A stretch of 54,422 bases of DNA from Sphingobacteriia bacterium (lineage in GTDB: Bacteria; Bacteroidota; Bacteroidia; Bacteroidales; UBA7960), in NCBI GenBank assembly GCA_041642035.1, contig JBEPXC010000003.1, positions 1-54,422 of the forward strand, in the 5' to 3' direction. Shown here piece by piece: positions 1 to 8,954 of the stretch (the stretch's first letter is position 1; each line of letters opens with the position of its first letter). The notes below the pieces were generated by a model. That model worked only from the letters and a program-made list of their open reading frames with translations, was not told the DNA's origin and ran no database searches. The translations under genes and the position numbers were made by a program.

Positions 1-656
1 ATCCCCTTAATTCGATTAAATTTTTTATTCAAACTGTCCTTTACCAATACCCTGTCACAAAGCTCTGTCGCTTGTTCAAAATCTTTGTTTTTAATATAGA
101 TGCCCGCAAGCTTATGCAGGTTTTTCTGATCGTGAGGATTTATCGTAATAAGCTTTTCCATGGCATTAATGGAAGCCTTCAGACTATCCATTTGATAATA
201 AAACTCACCCAGGAGAGACAAATATTCGATGTGTAAGGAATCGGTTTTGACTTTCTCATTCAAAGAATCAACAGCCAGCGCATAATCCCCTTCAAACCCC
301 AGGATGTTTATATATCGCAGAAACATCCCGGGGCTATCCAGGTGGGTTATAAGCAGAGGTTTGGTTTGTGCATATTGCCCTGTCTTAAATAAATATTCAA
401 TCAACAGGACTTCCAGCATTTGATTATTAGCAAACTTATTTAGACCATCCTGCAGAACGGCTATGGCCTTCAGCGTCTCTCCCTGCTTATCATGTACAAG
501 TGAGGTATAGAAATAATCATCGGGGCTAAGCAAACCATTGCTGGATTGAAGAATTTTATCATATTCTCCCCTGATAAACAAAAGCTCATAGTTTTCCTGT
601 GAATAAGCGAGCGAACCTGTCAGAAAAAAAACTGCTAAAAAATGAATTCTGATCAT
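1..656 (-). CDS. Secreted tetratricopeptide-repeat (TPR) protein, 3' end truncated by window edge
   Basis: Not in ORF track. Hand translation from ATG at 656: MIRIHFLAVFFLTGSLAYSQENYELLFIRGEYDKIL...KDFEQATELCDRVLVKDSLNKKFNRIKG, open to position 1. Signal peptide ends in S-Q, with TPR-like helical repeats (LLGEFYYQMDSLKASINAMEKLITINPHD). Confidence 0.8.
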   Translation of the reverse strand, partial: MIRIHFLAVFFLTGSLAYSQENYELLFIRGEYDKILQSSNGLLSPDDYFYTSLVHDKQGETLKAIAVLQDGLNKFANNQMLEVLLIEYLFKTGQYAQTKPLLITHLDSPGMFLRYINILGFEGDYALAVDSLNEKVKTDSLHIEYLSLLGEFYYQMDSLKASINAMEKLITINPHDQKNLHKLAGIYIKNKDFEQATELCDRVLVKDSLNKKFNRIKG

Positions 657-706
657 CTTTATGGGCTTATGTTTAGAAAAGGGAAAATGATTTGGTGCCA
701 GACTGC

Positions 707-1981
707 TTAGTTCAAAGCAAACCTAATGGGTAAATTATACTGTACTCTTACCGCTTCTCCTCTCTGGTATCCGGGAGACCAATCGGGCATCATTTTAATA
801 ACCCTTAGGGCTTCCTCATCAAGATCGGTACCATTTTCTACTCCTCTCAGGAGTTTATATTCAGAAGCGCTGCCATCTTTCTCTACTACAAAACTTACAA
901 ATACGGTACCTTGTATTCCCTTCTCTCTTGCATTTTCAGGATACCGGAGATTATCCTGCAGGAATTTCATCAATTCACTTTGACCACCCGGAAACTCAGG
1001 ACTAACTTCTACCACTGTAAAAATGGGATCCGGCTCGGCAGCTGTTTCAGCTTGTGTCAACTCTTCAGTCTCGGGGATTGTCACTTCTTCAGCATCAGGC
1101 ATCAGGTTGCAGGATTGAATAAAAAATACGCCAGCAATGAAAGGAAGGATCAATAGTAAACGAAACAATTGCCCCTTCAGGTTTGGATGTTGATTTTTGT
1201 TCATCATAATAAATCTTTTTTTAATGGTTGAAACATTAAATGGATTGGTAACAGGCAGATATTGGGCACCCAGGGCAAAATTGAGCAAGGCTTGCTGATA
1301 ATCTGTCCGGGAATACTTTTTCAGCGCATAATTATCGGCATCGTATTCATGCAAGGTTTGCAATTCTGCTTTCAGGTAATAAAAAGCCGGATGAAACCAG
1401 AACAACAGCCGCAGGGTTTCCATGAGAATAACATCCCACGAATGTTTCAATACAAAATGGGCTCTTTCATGGGTAATCACTTTTTGAAAATATTCGGACT
1501 CCTTTAAATTCCCGGGGATAAAGATCCAATGGAAAAAGGAAAAAGGACTATGGTTTGCGGGCAGTAACACCAATTCCACTTCATCCAGTTTCTCGCGGGG
1601 ATACTTTTGGATATAAGCATACAAATTGGTTAGCTTAAAAAGCAAAACGATTAAAAAGATGCCAGAAAACAACAGGGGGATTGCATAAAGCCATGCAAGG
1701 GAAATATTTTCAAGCCAGTTACCTGCACCTGAAAACTCTGACCTGGCTCCTACCACTATAGCAGGCAATTGCAGGAGTATGCCCTCGCCTTCTGCGTTCA
1801 AATCCATCCGAAGGGGTATCTGATGGATACCAGCCATAATCAGAGATGCAGCAAAAGAAAAAAGGATATAAAACCTATTGAATACGGTGGTATTCTGTCG
1901 CGACAACAAAAGATAATAGCCAAGAGAGAAAACCAACAGGTAAACAGATGCCCGAATCAGGTAAAATACAAAAGCTTCCAT
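707..1981 (-). CDS. BlaR1/MecR1-like M56 metallopeptidase fused to TonB C-terminal domain
   Basis: N-terminal TM helices, SPFSFFHWIF, HERAH zinc motif, WFHP...HEYDAD, IKKRFIMM. C-terminal TonB_C signature PEFPGG...LRYPENA...IQGTVFVSFVVEKDG...EEALRVI...W.PG...V.YNLPIRF. Confidence 0.92.
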   Translation of the reverse strand: MEAFVFYLIRASVYLLVFSLGYYLLLSRQNTTVFNRFYILFSFAASLIMAGIHQIPLRMDLNAEGEGILLQLPAIVVGARSEFSGAGNWLENISLAWLYAIPLLFSGIFLIVLLFKLTNLYAYIQKYPREKLDEVELVLLPANHSPFSFFHWIFIPGNLKESEYFQKVITHERAHFVLKHSWDVILMETLRLLFWFHPAFYYLKAELQTLHEYDADNYALKKYSRTDYQQALLNFALGAQYLPVTNPFNVSTIKKRFIMMNKNQHPNLKGQLFRLLLILPFIAGVFFIQSCNLMPDAEEVTIPETEELTQAETAAEPDPIFTVVEVSPEFPGGQSELMKFLQDNLRYPENAREKGIQGTVFVSFVVEKDGSASEYKLLRGVENGTDLDEEALRVIKMMPDWSPGYQRGEAVRVQYNLPIRFALN

Positions 1982-2051
1982 AGTATTTCTTTTAAAAGAT
2001 TAGGTTAACGGGTTTATAAAGAATCTCAACAACTCTTTAGCCACTATAGTA

Positions 2052-2423
2052 TCATGACTTTTTGTTTATCTCTTCCTCAATTAGGATTTTCAGCTCCTCC
2101 AGCTCAGCAACCGAAAGATCTTTTTCTTTAGAAAAGAAGGAAACCATCTGCCGGATGGAATTGCCAAAATAATCGTTCATCACTCCTTTGAGAAGCTGAC
2201 GCGAATACATTTTCTTTTCAATGAGCGGGTAGTATTCATGGGTTTTGCCGTAGGCTTTATATCCTACAAACCCTTTTTTCTCCAGTATGCGTACGATGGT
2301 GCTCACCGTGGTATAGGCTGGTTTGGGCTCGGGAAAACGATCTACCAGGTCCTTTACATAGGCCTTTTTCATTTCCCATAACAGCTGCATGATTTGTTCT
2401 TCTGCTTTAGTCAGCTCCTTCAT
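2052..2423 (-). CDS. BlaI/MecI/CopY family transcriptional repressor
   Basis: LTKAEEQIMQLLW...PAYTTVSTIVRILEKKGFV...YFGNS...MVSFF; lies directly upstream of the M56 gene. Confidence 0.93.
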   Translation of the reverse strand: MKELTKAEEQIMQLLWEMKKAYVKDLVDRFPEPKPAYTTVSTIVRILEKKGFVGYKAYGKTHEYYPLIEKKMYSRQLLKGVMNDYFGNSIRQMVSFFSKEKDLSVAELEELKILIEEEINKKS

Positions 2424-2501
2424 TCCAGTGAATTTTATTTGGATTGTTGTTGATTTAATTATTATATGATAGTCTTTGACGATATCATTACTAAGCTAAG
2501 A

Positions 2502-2546
2502 CAAAGATAAAACTAATTATTTAGTTATACAACTATTATCTTAGTT
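2502..2546 (-). promoter_or_regulatory. Promoter -7 box (TATCTTTG, 2509-2502) with two tandem palindromic operators AACTA-N6-TAGTT (2511-2526, 2531-2546); putative BlaI-family sites
   Basis: AACTAATTATTTAGTT and AACTATTATCTTAGTT are 20 bp apart and lie immediately upstream of a TAnnTTTG box oriented toward the repressor gene. Confidence 0.72.
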
Positions 2547-2727
2547 TTCTTTCACTAGACAGAAAAGAGATGATAAAGACTGCTAATATCTTTCGGCTGA
2601 TTTTCCCCATATCCTTAGTCAATTTTTGTTACTTTAGCCGCCAAATTGACAAACACACCCATTCAAGGTGGAGAATCAGTCAATATATCATCGTAAATGA
2701 AATTATCAAAACACAAAAATCAACCTT

Positions 2728-4788
2728 ATGATCACCCAACAACTGATAAATCCCAGGAGTATTGTCGTAATCGGCGGTTCCAATGATGTAACCAAGCCGG
2801 GCGGCAAAGTATTAAAAAATCTTCTCGATGGAAACTTCAACGGAGAGTTGTATGTAACCAACCTCAAGGAGAGTGAAGTGCAGGGCATAAAGAGTTATGC
2901 AGATCCGGCCGACCTGCCCCAGGTAGATCTGGCCATCATTGCTATAGCAGCACGCTTTGTACCCGATACAGTGCGTGTTCTTGCCGAGCAAAAAGAAACC
3001 AGGGCCTTTATTGTTTTATCTGCCGGCTTCAGCGAAGAGAGCGAAGAAGGTGCCCTGCTCGAAAAAGAGATGGTCAGCATCATCAATGGTGTGGGCGGTT
3101 CTCTTATTGGTCCTAATTGCGTGGGCATTCTCACCCCCAACCACCACAGCATCTTCACCTATCCCATCCCCAAGCTTGACACCGCAGGCTGCGATTTCAT
3201 CTCCGGCTCAGGAGCCACAGCATGTTTCATTATGGAGGCGGGCATACCAAAAGGCTTGACCTTTGCCAATGTTTTTTCGGTAGGCAACAGCGCCCAGATG
3301 GGGGTAGAGGAAATATTGAAATACATGGATGAGACTTTCGATCCGCAATCCAGTTCAAAGGTGAAGCTGCTGTATATCGAAACCATCCAAAAGCCACAAA
3401 TGCTTCTGAAACACGCCTCTTCGCTGATCCGTAAGGGATGTAAAATTGCCGCCATTAAGGCAGGCAGTTCTGATGCCGGTAGCCGTGCAGCCTCCTCGCA
3501 CACCGGGGCACTGGCCAGCAGCGATTCGGCGGTGAATGCCTTATTCGAAAAAGCAGGCATTGTACGGTGCTATGGCCGCGAAGATCTCATCAGTGTGGCT
3601 TCGGTGTTTATGCATCCTGAGCTGAAAGGAAAAAATATTGCCATTATCACCCATGCAGGCGGTCCTGCCGTTATGCTCACCGATGCCCTGTCCAATGGTG
3701 GTCTGGAGGTTCCTCATATCGACACCCCTGCCAGCCAGGAGTTGCTTACCCAACTCTTTCCCGGTTCTTCGGTTGCCAATCCCATCGATTTTCTGGCAAC
3801 GGGTACTGCAGAACAACTGGGCATTATTATAGATTACGTGGATCAAAAGTTTGACAACATAGATGCCATGGTGGTGATTTTCGGCACCCCGGGATTGTTT
3901 CCCGTTTTCAATGTTTACGACATGCTCGACCTTAAGATGAAGCAATGCCGCAAACCGATTTATCCTGTGCTTCCTTCTACCCTGACGGCACAGGAAGAGG
4001 TATCGGCATTCATCAATAAGGGAAGGATTAATTTTCCCGACGAAGTGAGCCTGGGTAATGCACTGGCCAGGGTTTTCCATACCCTCTCTCCCACTCCTTC
4101 CGACATTAAGCTGCCTGGCGTAGACAAGCAAGCCATCCGTAACATCGTTGAACAAGCTCAGGATGGTTATCTTTCGCCACAAAAGGTACAGCAGTTGCTC
4201 GATGCCGCCGGTATAGACCGTGCGGGTGAAGCAGTGGCCGACTCAGCAGATGAGGCTGCCCGCGAAGCAAAAAAACTCGGTTATCCGGTGGTAATGAAGG
4301 TCGTTGGTCCTATTCACAAATCTGATGTGGGTGGTGTGGTGCTTGATGTCAAAGATGAGCAGACCTTACGTAAGGAATTTGAGCGGATGATAAAGATTAA
4401 AGATACCACGGCTATTCTTCTCCAACCCATGCTTTCGGGCACACAACTATTTGTGGGTGCAAAATACGAAGAGAAATTCGGGCATATGCTGCTTTGTGGC
4501 ATGGGTGGTATTTTCATTGAAGTGCTCAAGGATGTTTCCACCGCTCTGGCTCCTGTAGCCAAAGAGGAGGCTCTCAGCATGATCCGTAGGTTGAAAAGCT
4601 ACAAAATCATCCAGGGTGTTCGTGGTCAGGAAGGCATTGATGAAAATCTGTTTGCAGATGTCATCGTGAAGCTCTCTGCTCTGCTGGAGGCGGCACCCGA
4701 AATCGATGAAATGGATCTCAATCCCTTACTGGGCAAAGCCGACAGAGTGGTAGCAGTAGATGCACGCATCAGCATCAGACGTAGATAA
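2728..4788 (+). CDS. Acetate/acyl-CoA ligase (ADP-forming), fused alpha-beta chain
   Basis: CoA-binding N-terminus (NPRSIVVIGGS, SAGFSE, GPNCVG), phospho-His motif AASSHTGALA, ATP-grasp C-terminus (GYPVVMKV..HKSDVGGV, EMDLNPL, AVDARI). Confidence 0.92.
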   Translation: MITQQLINPRSIVVIGGSNDVTKPGGKVLKNLLDGNFNGELYVTNLKESEVQGIKSYADPADLPQVDLAIIAIAARFVPDTVRVLAEQKETRAFIVLSAGFSEESEEGALLEKEMVSIINGVGGSLIGPNCVGILTPNHHSIFTYPIPKLDTAGCDFISGSGATACFIMEAGIPKGLTFANVFSVGNSAQMGVEEILKYMDETFDPQSSSKVKLLYIETIQKPQMLLKHASSLIRKGCKIAAIKAGSSDAGSRAASSHTGALASSDSAVNALFEKAGIVRCYGREDLISVASVFMHPELKGKNIAIITHAGGPAVMLTDALSNGGLEVPHIDTPASQELLTQLFPGSSVANPIDFLATGTAEQLGIIIDYVDQKFDNIDAMVVIFGTPGLFPVFNVYDMLDLKMKQCRKPIYPVLPSTLTAQEEVSAFINKGRINFPDEVSLGNALARVFHTLSPTPSDIKLPGVDKQAIRNIVEQAQDGYLSPQKVQQLLDAAGIDRAGEAVADSADEAAREAKKLGYPVVMKVVGPIHKSDVGGVVLDVKDEQTLRKEFERMIKIKDTTAILLQPMLSGTQLFVGAKYEEKFGHMLLCGMGGIFIEVLKDVSTALAPVAKEEALSMIRRLKSYKIIQGVRGQEGIDENLFADVIVKLSALLEAAPEIDEMDLNPLLGKADRVVAVDARISIRRR

Positions 4789-4805
4789 TATATTCTAACC
4801 TATTT

Positions 4806-5501
4806 ATGAAAAGAAAAGATCTCTATTTTATTGCGGGGGCGATGTTGCTGTTGTCCCCGTTTTTTGTTTTTCCTTCGGTGCTGGAAGCCTATAAAGCGTT
4901 CAATCAGCAGCACGGTATGATCATGAGCTTTGTAAAGTTTGCCATTCTGGCTACTACAGGTGAGGTCATCGGCTTGCGCATCAAGACAGGACGTTACAAC
5001 CAGCCCGGGTTTGGTATTCCCGCCAGGGCAATGGTATGGGGGCTGTTGGGATTAACCATACAGATGGCTTTCATCATTTTCTCTCAGGGTGCTCCCCGTT
5101 TTCTGGAATATATGGGTGTAGAAGGTGCAGCAGACATTTTGCAATCTCCGGGATTGTCATCGGCCAAATTGCTGGTTGCTTTTACCATAAGCACTACCAT
5201 GAACCTTATTTATGCGCCCATCATGATGACTCTGCATAAGATCACCGATACCCATATTGAGCAAAACAACGGCCGGCTTTCCTCCCTGTTGAAACCCATC
5301 TCCATGGGAAGTATTTTATCGGGCATCAACTGGCATGTCCAATGGAACTTTGTCTTTAAAAAGACAATACCCTTTTTCTGGATACCTGCTCATACCATAA
5401 CCTTTCTCCTGCCCCCCGAATATCGGGTGCTGTTTGCCGCTGTATTGGGTATAGTGCTGGGAATATTACTGGCCATGGCAGCCGTATCGGGAAAGAAATA
5501 A
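4806..5501 (+). CDS. Mpv17/PMP22-like integral membrane protein
   Basis: Several TM helices. C-terminal FWIPAHTITFLLPPEYRVLFAA resembles the Mpv17/PMP22 W.P....F..VP...RV motif. Starts 17 bp after the ligase stop. Confidence 0.65.
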   Translation: MKRKDLYFIAGAMLLLSPFFVFPSVLEAYKAFNQQHGMIMSFVKFAILATTGEVIGLRIKTGRYNQPGFGIPARAMVWGLLGLTIQMAFIIFSQGAPRFLEYMGVEGAADILQSPGLSSAKLLVAFTISTTMNLIYAPIMMTLHKITDTHIEQNNGRLSSLLKPISMGSILSGINWHVQWNFVFKKTIPFFWIPAHTITFLLPPEYRVLFAAVLGIVLGILLAMAAVSGKK

Positions 5502-5526
5502 TATAGGTGGATGAACAAATCCCTGT

Positions 5527-6528
5527 CTAAATTTTCTCGTAGGCTTCAATTAAGCCATCCATCATCTTATTGTTGGCTTCATTGATCACCCGTCGGGATG
5601 GGTCGGCATCAAACCATGCAATGGTTTTTCGTATGCCCTCTCTGAAGGGAATGGTAGCAGTATAACCCGGGACAAAGCGTTTAATTTTGGTGTTGTCAAA
5701 TAGTACACTGCTGGCTTTATCACCATGCAATGGGCCCCACAAATCGCCCAGGTTGAACTTTTGTGCCGTCTGGCAGATGTAATCAGACGCCATGTGCACT
5801 GCCTTTAATTCAACGCCTGCAGCTTCGGCCATGGTATTATAAATCTGGTTCCAGGTCAACACCTCGTCGGAGGTAATGTGGAAGGCATGTCCTATGGCCT
5901 GTATATTGCCCAACAAGCCTGTAAAGGCTTTGGCAAAGTCCATGGCATGGGTCATCACCCATAGCGAACTGCCGTCACCATGAATAATCACCTTTTTACC
6001 CCTGCGCATCCTATCTATCAGGGTAAAGTCTGTCCAGCTGCCAATGGCTGCTGGAATAACCATATCGTAGGTATGCGAAGGGCGGACAATGGTTGCTGGA
6101 AATCCCTGCTCACGGTAGGCCTTCATCAGCAGGTCTTCGCAGGCAATCTTGTCGCGCGAATATTGCCAGTAAGGGTTGGCCAGCGGGGTTGATTCAGTTA
6201 TGATGGGATGACTTACGGGTTTCTGGTAAGCCGAGGCACTGCTTATGAAAATATACTGCTTTGTTTTGCCTGTAAAAATCTCAATATCTCTCTGGATATC
6301 CTCAGGGTGATAGGCAATAAAATTAACTACGACATCAAAGTCATAACCTTCAATGAGCCTGCTAACCGCTTCTTTATCCTTAAAATCGGCTACGAGGGTT
6401 TCCACGCCCAATATACGCACAGGGCTTTGTCCACGATTGAGATGATACAGCTCAACGCCCTTTTCGATTGCCAGCATAGAACACTCCTTTGAAATATTTC
6501 CTGTACCTCCGATAAACAATACTTTCAT
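5527..6528 (-). CDS. NAD-dependent epimerase/dehydratase (extended SDR)
   Basis: MKVLFIGGTGNIS Rossmann motif, FISSASAY, YSRDK (YxxxK). Start moved to the ATG at 6528. Confidence 0.9.
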   Translation of the reverse strand: MKVLFIGGTGNISKECSMLAIEKGVELYHLNRGQSPVRILGVETLVADFKDKEAVSRLIEGYDFDVVVNFIAYHPEDIQRDIEIFTGKTKQYIFISSASAYQKPVSHPIITESTPLANPYWQYSRDKIACEDLLMKAYREQGFPATIVRPSHTYDMVIPAAIGSWTDFTLIDRMRRGKKVIIHGDGSSLWVMTHAMDFAKAFTGLLGNIQAIGHAFHITSDEVLTWNQIYNTMAEAAGVELKAVHMASDYICQTAQKFNLGDLWGPLHGDKASSVLFDNTKIKRFVPGYTATIPFREGIRKTIAWFDADPSRRVINEANNKMMDGLIEAYEKI

Positions 6529-6661
6529 AATGGATAGCTTAAGATGAATAATTTTACGGCTGCAAGTTAAAAAAATACTTTTAATAAAAGGAGAGAAATT
6601 TGCTTCTAACAGCAAGCATGCAATTAAACGTTAAAAGTGAATGAATGATTAAGATGTTGCC

Positions 6662-6669
6662 TATTTTTG
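6662..6669 (+). promoter_or_regulatory. Bacteroidota sigma70 -7 box (TATTTTTG) upstream of sigZ
   Basis: Exact TAnnTTTG match just before the heptamer fold-back array. Confidence 0.5.
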
Positions 6670-6673
6670 GCTT

Positions 6674-6824
6674 CTAAATCTAAGAACTAAAATCTAATAT
6701 CTAAAATCTTGTTCTTAGTTCTTAGTTTTTAGTTTTTAGTTTTTAGTTCTTAGTTCTTAGTTCTTAGTTTTTAGCTCTTAGTTTTTAGTTCTTAGTTCTT
6801 AGTTTTTAGATAATAGATTTTTAG
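6674..6824. repeat. Fold-back heptamer tandem repeat: about 5 inverted units (CTAARAA-like) followed by 14 TTYTTAG units (6712-6809) plus 2 degenerate units
   Basis: Read directly: TTCTTAG/TTTTTAG x14 (one is CTCTTAG). The left arm CTAAGAA CTAAAAT CTAATAT CTAAAAT is their reverse complement. Confidence 0.95.
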
Positions 6825-6831
6825 ATTCTTC

Positions 6832-7482
6832 ATGATACAACCCATAGAGAACGTCTGGCAGCAGTTTCACCTTAAACTCAAATCATTCATAAACAGCAAG
6901 GTACACGACAACTCCATTGCCGATGATATGCTGCAGGAAGTGTTTATCCGTATTCACACCAACATACATACTTTAAAAGATGAAACGCGTCTGCAGTCGT
7001 GGATATACCAGATCACACGTAACGTTATAACAGACTATTATCGAAAGGCAGCCCAACAGAGAATTGTCCCTTTCAGCGGCAATACATCCTCAGGAGAGCA
7101 GGAATATGCACAGCCTGAAAGATCTGAACCCGGCTATGGCATTACCCTACAGACCCATTTGCCGGGATCTTTTGTTTTCCCTGAAGCAGGAAGTGATGAT
7201 ACCATGGCTGAAGCCGTTGAGGATATGATCAAAATGATGAAGGCACTCCCTCCCGAATATTGCGAGGCCTTATGCCTAACCGAGCTGGAAGGCCTCAGCC
7301 AAAAGGAATATGCCGAAAGAGCAGGCTTATCCTGGTCGGGTGCCAAATCGCGTGTACAGCGTGCACGAAAGATACTACGCGATATGCTCATGCGATGCTG
7401 CCACTACCAGTTTGATCGCTATGGCACCGTAATCGGCATATATCCTGCCCATTGTTGCTGCTGCCAGCACCCTCAGAGCTAA
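6832..7482 (+). CDS. sigZ: ECF sigma factor, SigZ-like, with Cys-rich C-terminal tail
   Basis: DDMLQEVFIRIH...SWIYQITRNVITDYYRK (region 2); LP.EY.EAL.LTELEGLSQKEYAER.GLS.SGAKSRVQRAR..L..ML..CC....DRYG (SigZ-type region 4); ends HCCCCQH. Confidence 0.85.
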   Translation: MIQPIENVWQQFHLKLKSFINSKVHDNSIADDMLQEVFIRIHTNIHTLKDETRLQSWIYQITRNVITDYYRKAAQQRIVPFSGNTSSGEQEYAQPERSEPGYGITLQTHLPGSFVFPEAGSDDTMAEAVEDMIKMMKALPPEYCEALCLTELEGLSQKEYAERAGLSWSGAKSRVQRARKILRDMLMRCCHYQFDRYGTVIGIYPAHCCCCQHPQS

Positions 7483-7516
7483 AAACAACCACGCTGACAA
7501 GAATCAACTTTACACC

Positions 7517-7544
7517 TGCGTCTTTTTATCCATCTGCACGTCTA
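7517..7544 (+). promoter_or_regulatory. Putative ECF (SigZ) promoter TGCGTC-N16-CGTCTA for the permease
   Basis: CGTC -10 element typical of ECF promoters, 16 nt from TGCGTC, 40 nt before the permease ATG. Assignment to SigZ is inference. Confidence 0.55.
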
Positions 7545-7583
7545 TGGGTTAAATCATAAAGTTTAACCTCTAAGATTATAAAA

Positions 7584-8687
7584 ATGGAAAACGCAATCAG
7601 CATCATCAGATTTATCCTTGAATCTCTTTTAAACATCTGGCCTTACCTGTTAATTACCATCCCTCTGGCAGTGGCTGTGCAGGTATTGGGAATATCGGGT
7701 TATTTAAACCGTGCCTTCAGCAAGAGGCCTTTCTTAGCCATCCTGCTGGCAACCCTGGTAGGGGCATTCAGTCCTTTTTGCTCCTGTAGTGTGGTGCCCT
7801 TAATAGCCACCATGCTTATCGGAGGAGTACCCCTGGCACCTGTAATGTCGTTTTGGATCGCCTCACCTTCAATGGATCCCGAGCTGATGCCCCTGAGTAT
7901 CGCTACGATAGGATGGAATCTGTCGTTATGGCGCATCGGCTCTTCGTTGGTAATAAGCCTTCTGGCAGGATTTGTCACTCAATTTGCCATGCGGAAAGGA
8001 TTGATAGGACAAGATTTCCTTTTGAAAAGCACCGGTTCCGCATCAAAGGCACAATCCCTGTCCCACCTTACAATAGAATTCTCCAGAAATATCTCCAGAC
8101 AAATACAGACTCTATTTACTCCTTCTGCCAATGCTGAGCATAAACTGGCTATACAGATAAAAACCATCCAGGGGGATACGGTAAACTGTTGTGCACCACA
8201 AAGGAGTATTACGCTCAGCCAAGAGACTTTAAATGAACAGGAAGAGCAATGCACCAGCTGCACTGTACCTGAAAAAGAAAATCTTTACAAAAGGATTTTA
8301 CGCGAAACATGGAAAACAACAGCCATGGTGGTAAAATATATGTTTCTGGCATTTCTGGTTAATGGATTGATCAATGTATATGTAACTCAGGATTATCTGG
8401 CTCATTTTTTAAATAACCATGAATGGTACAGCGTTATCATCGCCACAATTGTGGGAATACCCACCTATGCCAGCAATCTGCTTGCCCTTCCGCTCATCGG
8501 GAATTTTCTGGAAATGGGCATGAACCGTGGGGCGGCACTGGCTTTCCTGCTGGCCGGACCTGTTACAACCATACCGGCTATGATTGCTGTTTGGGGTATT
8601 GTGAAAAGAAAGGTATTCTTCCTTTATCTCTTTTTTGCCATATCTGGGGCCCTGTTTTCAGGACTGTTGTATATGTTGCTCTCCTAA
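7584..8687 (+). CDS. DUF318/ArsP-family permease with Cys-containing central loop
   Basis: SPFCSCSVVPL, GVPLAPVMSFWIASPSMDP, GIPTY, GAALAFLLAGPVTTIPA; loop carries NCC and CTSC. Confidence 0.85.
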   Translation: MENAISIIRFILESLLNIWPYLLITIPLAVAVQVLGISGYLNRAFSKRPFLAILLATLVGAFSPFCSCSVVPLIATMLIGGVPLAPVMSFWIASPSMDPELMPLSIATIGWNLSLWRIGSSLVISLLAGFVTQFAMRKGLIGQDFLLKSTGSASKAQSLSHLTIEFSRNISRQIQTLFTPSANAEHKLAIQIKTIQGDTVNCCAPQRSITLSQETLNEQEEQCTSCTVPEKENLYKRILRETWKTTAMVVKYMFLAFLVNGLINVYVTQDYLAHFLNNHEWYSVIIATIVGIPTYASNLLALPLIGNFLEMGMNRGAALAFLLAGPVTTIPAMIAVWGIVKRKVFFLYLFFAISGALFSGLLYMLLS

Positions 8688-8954
8688 TGTTGCCAAACCG
8701 TATTGGTAATGGGTTTACCTGAGGGTTAGTGACTTAGGGCATATTCTTTAAGACTTGCAAGGATAGGCAAAAAGGGCGGGTAAATCAAACATAAAAAGAT
8801 TAATAACAAAAAAACACCAATGGATAGCATGAGAAAATATCATTAAATTGAAAATAGGATTTAAAGAAAGACAATGTTTTGTACCTTTGAAACTTACAGG
8901 GTATATTTTAGGCTTATATTTCAAAGGTGCATTGCACTAGCCCCTTGCAACAGC

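Noticed and set aside
707-2423. Beta-lactam resistance locus
   Set aside because: There is no beta-lactamase or PBP gene, and the sensor domain is TonB_C rather than a penicillin-binding domain.
6712-6809. TTYTTAG array as telomere or eukaryotic contamination
   Set aside because: It is internal, flanked by ordinary bacterial genes, and lacks the G-run of telomeric repeats.
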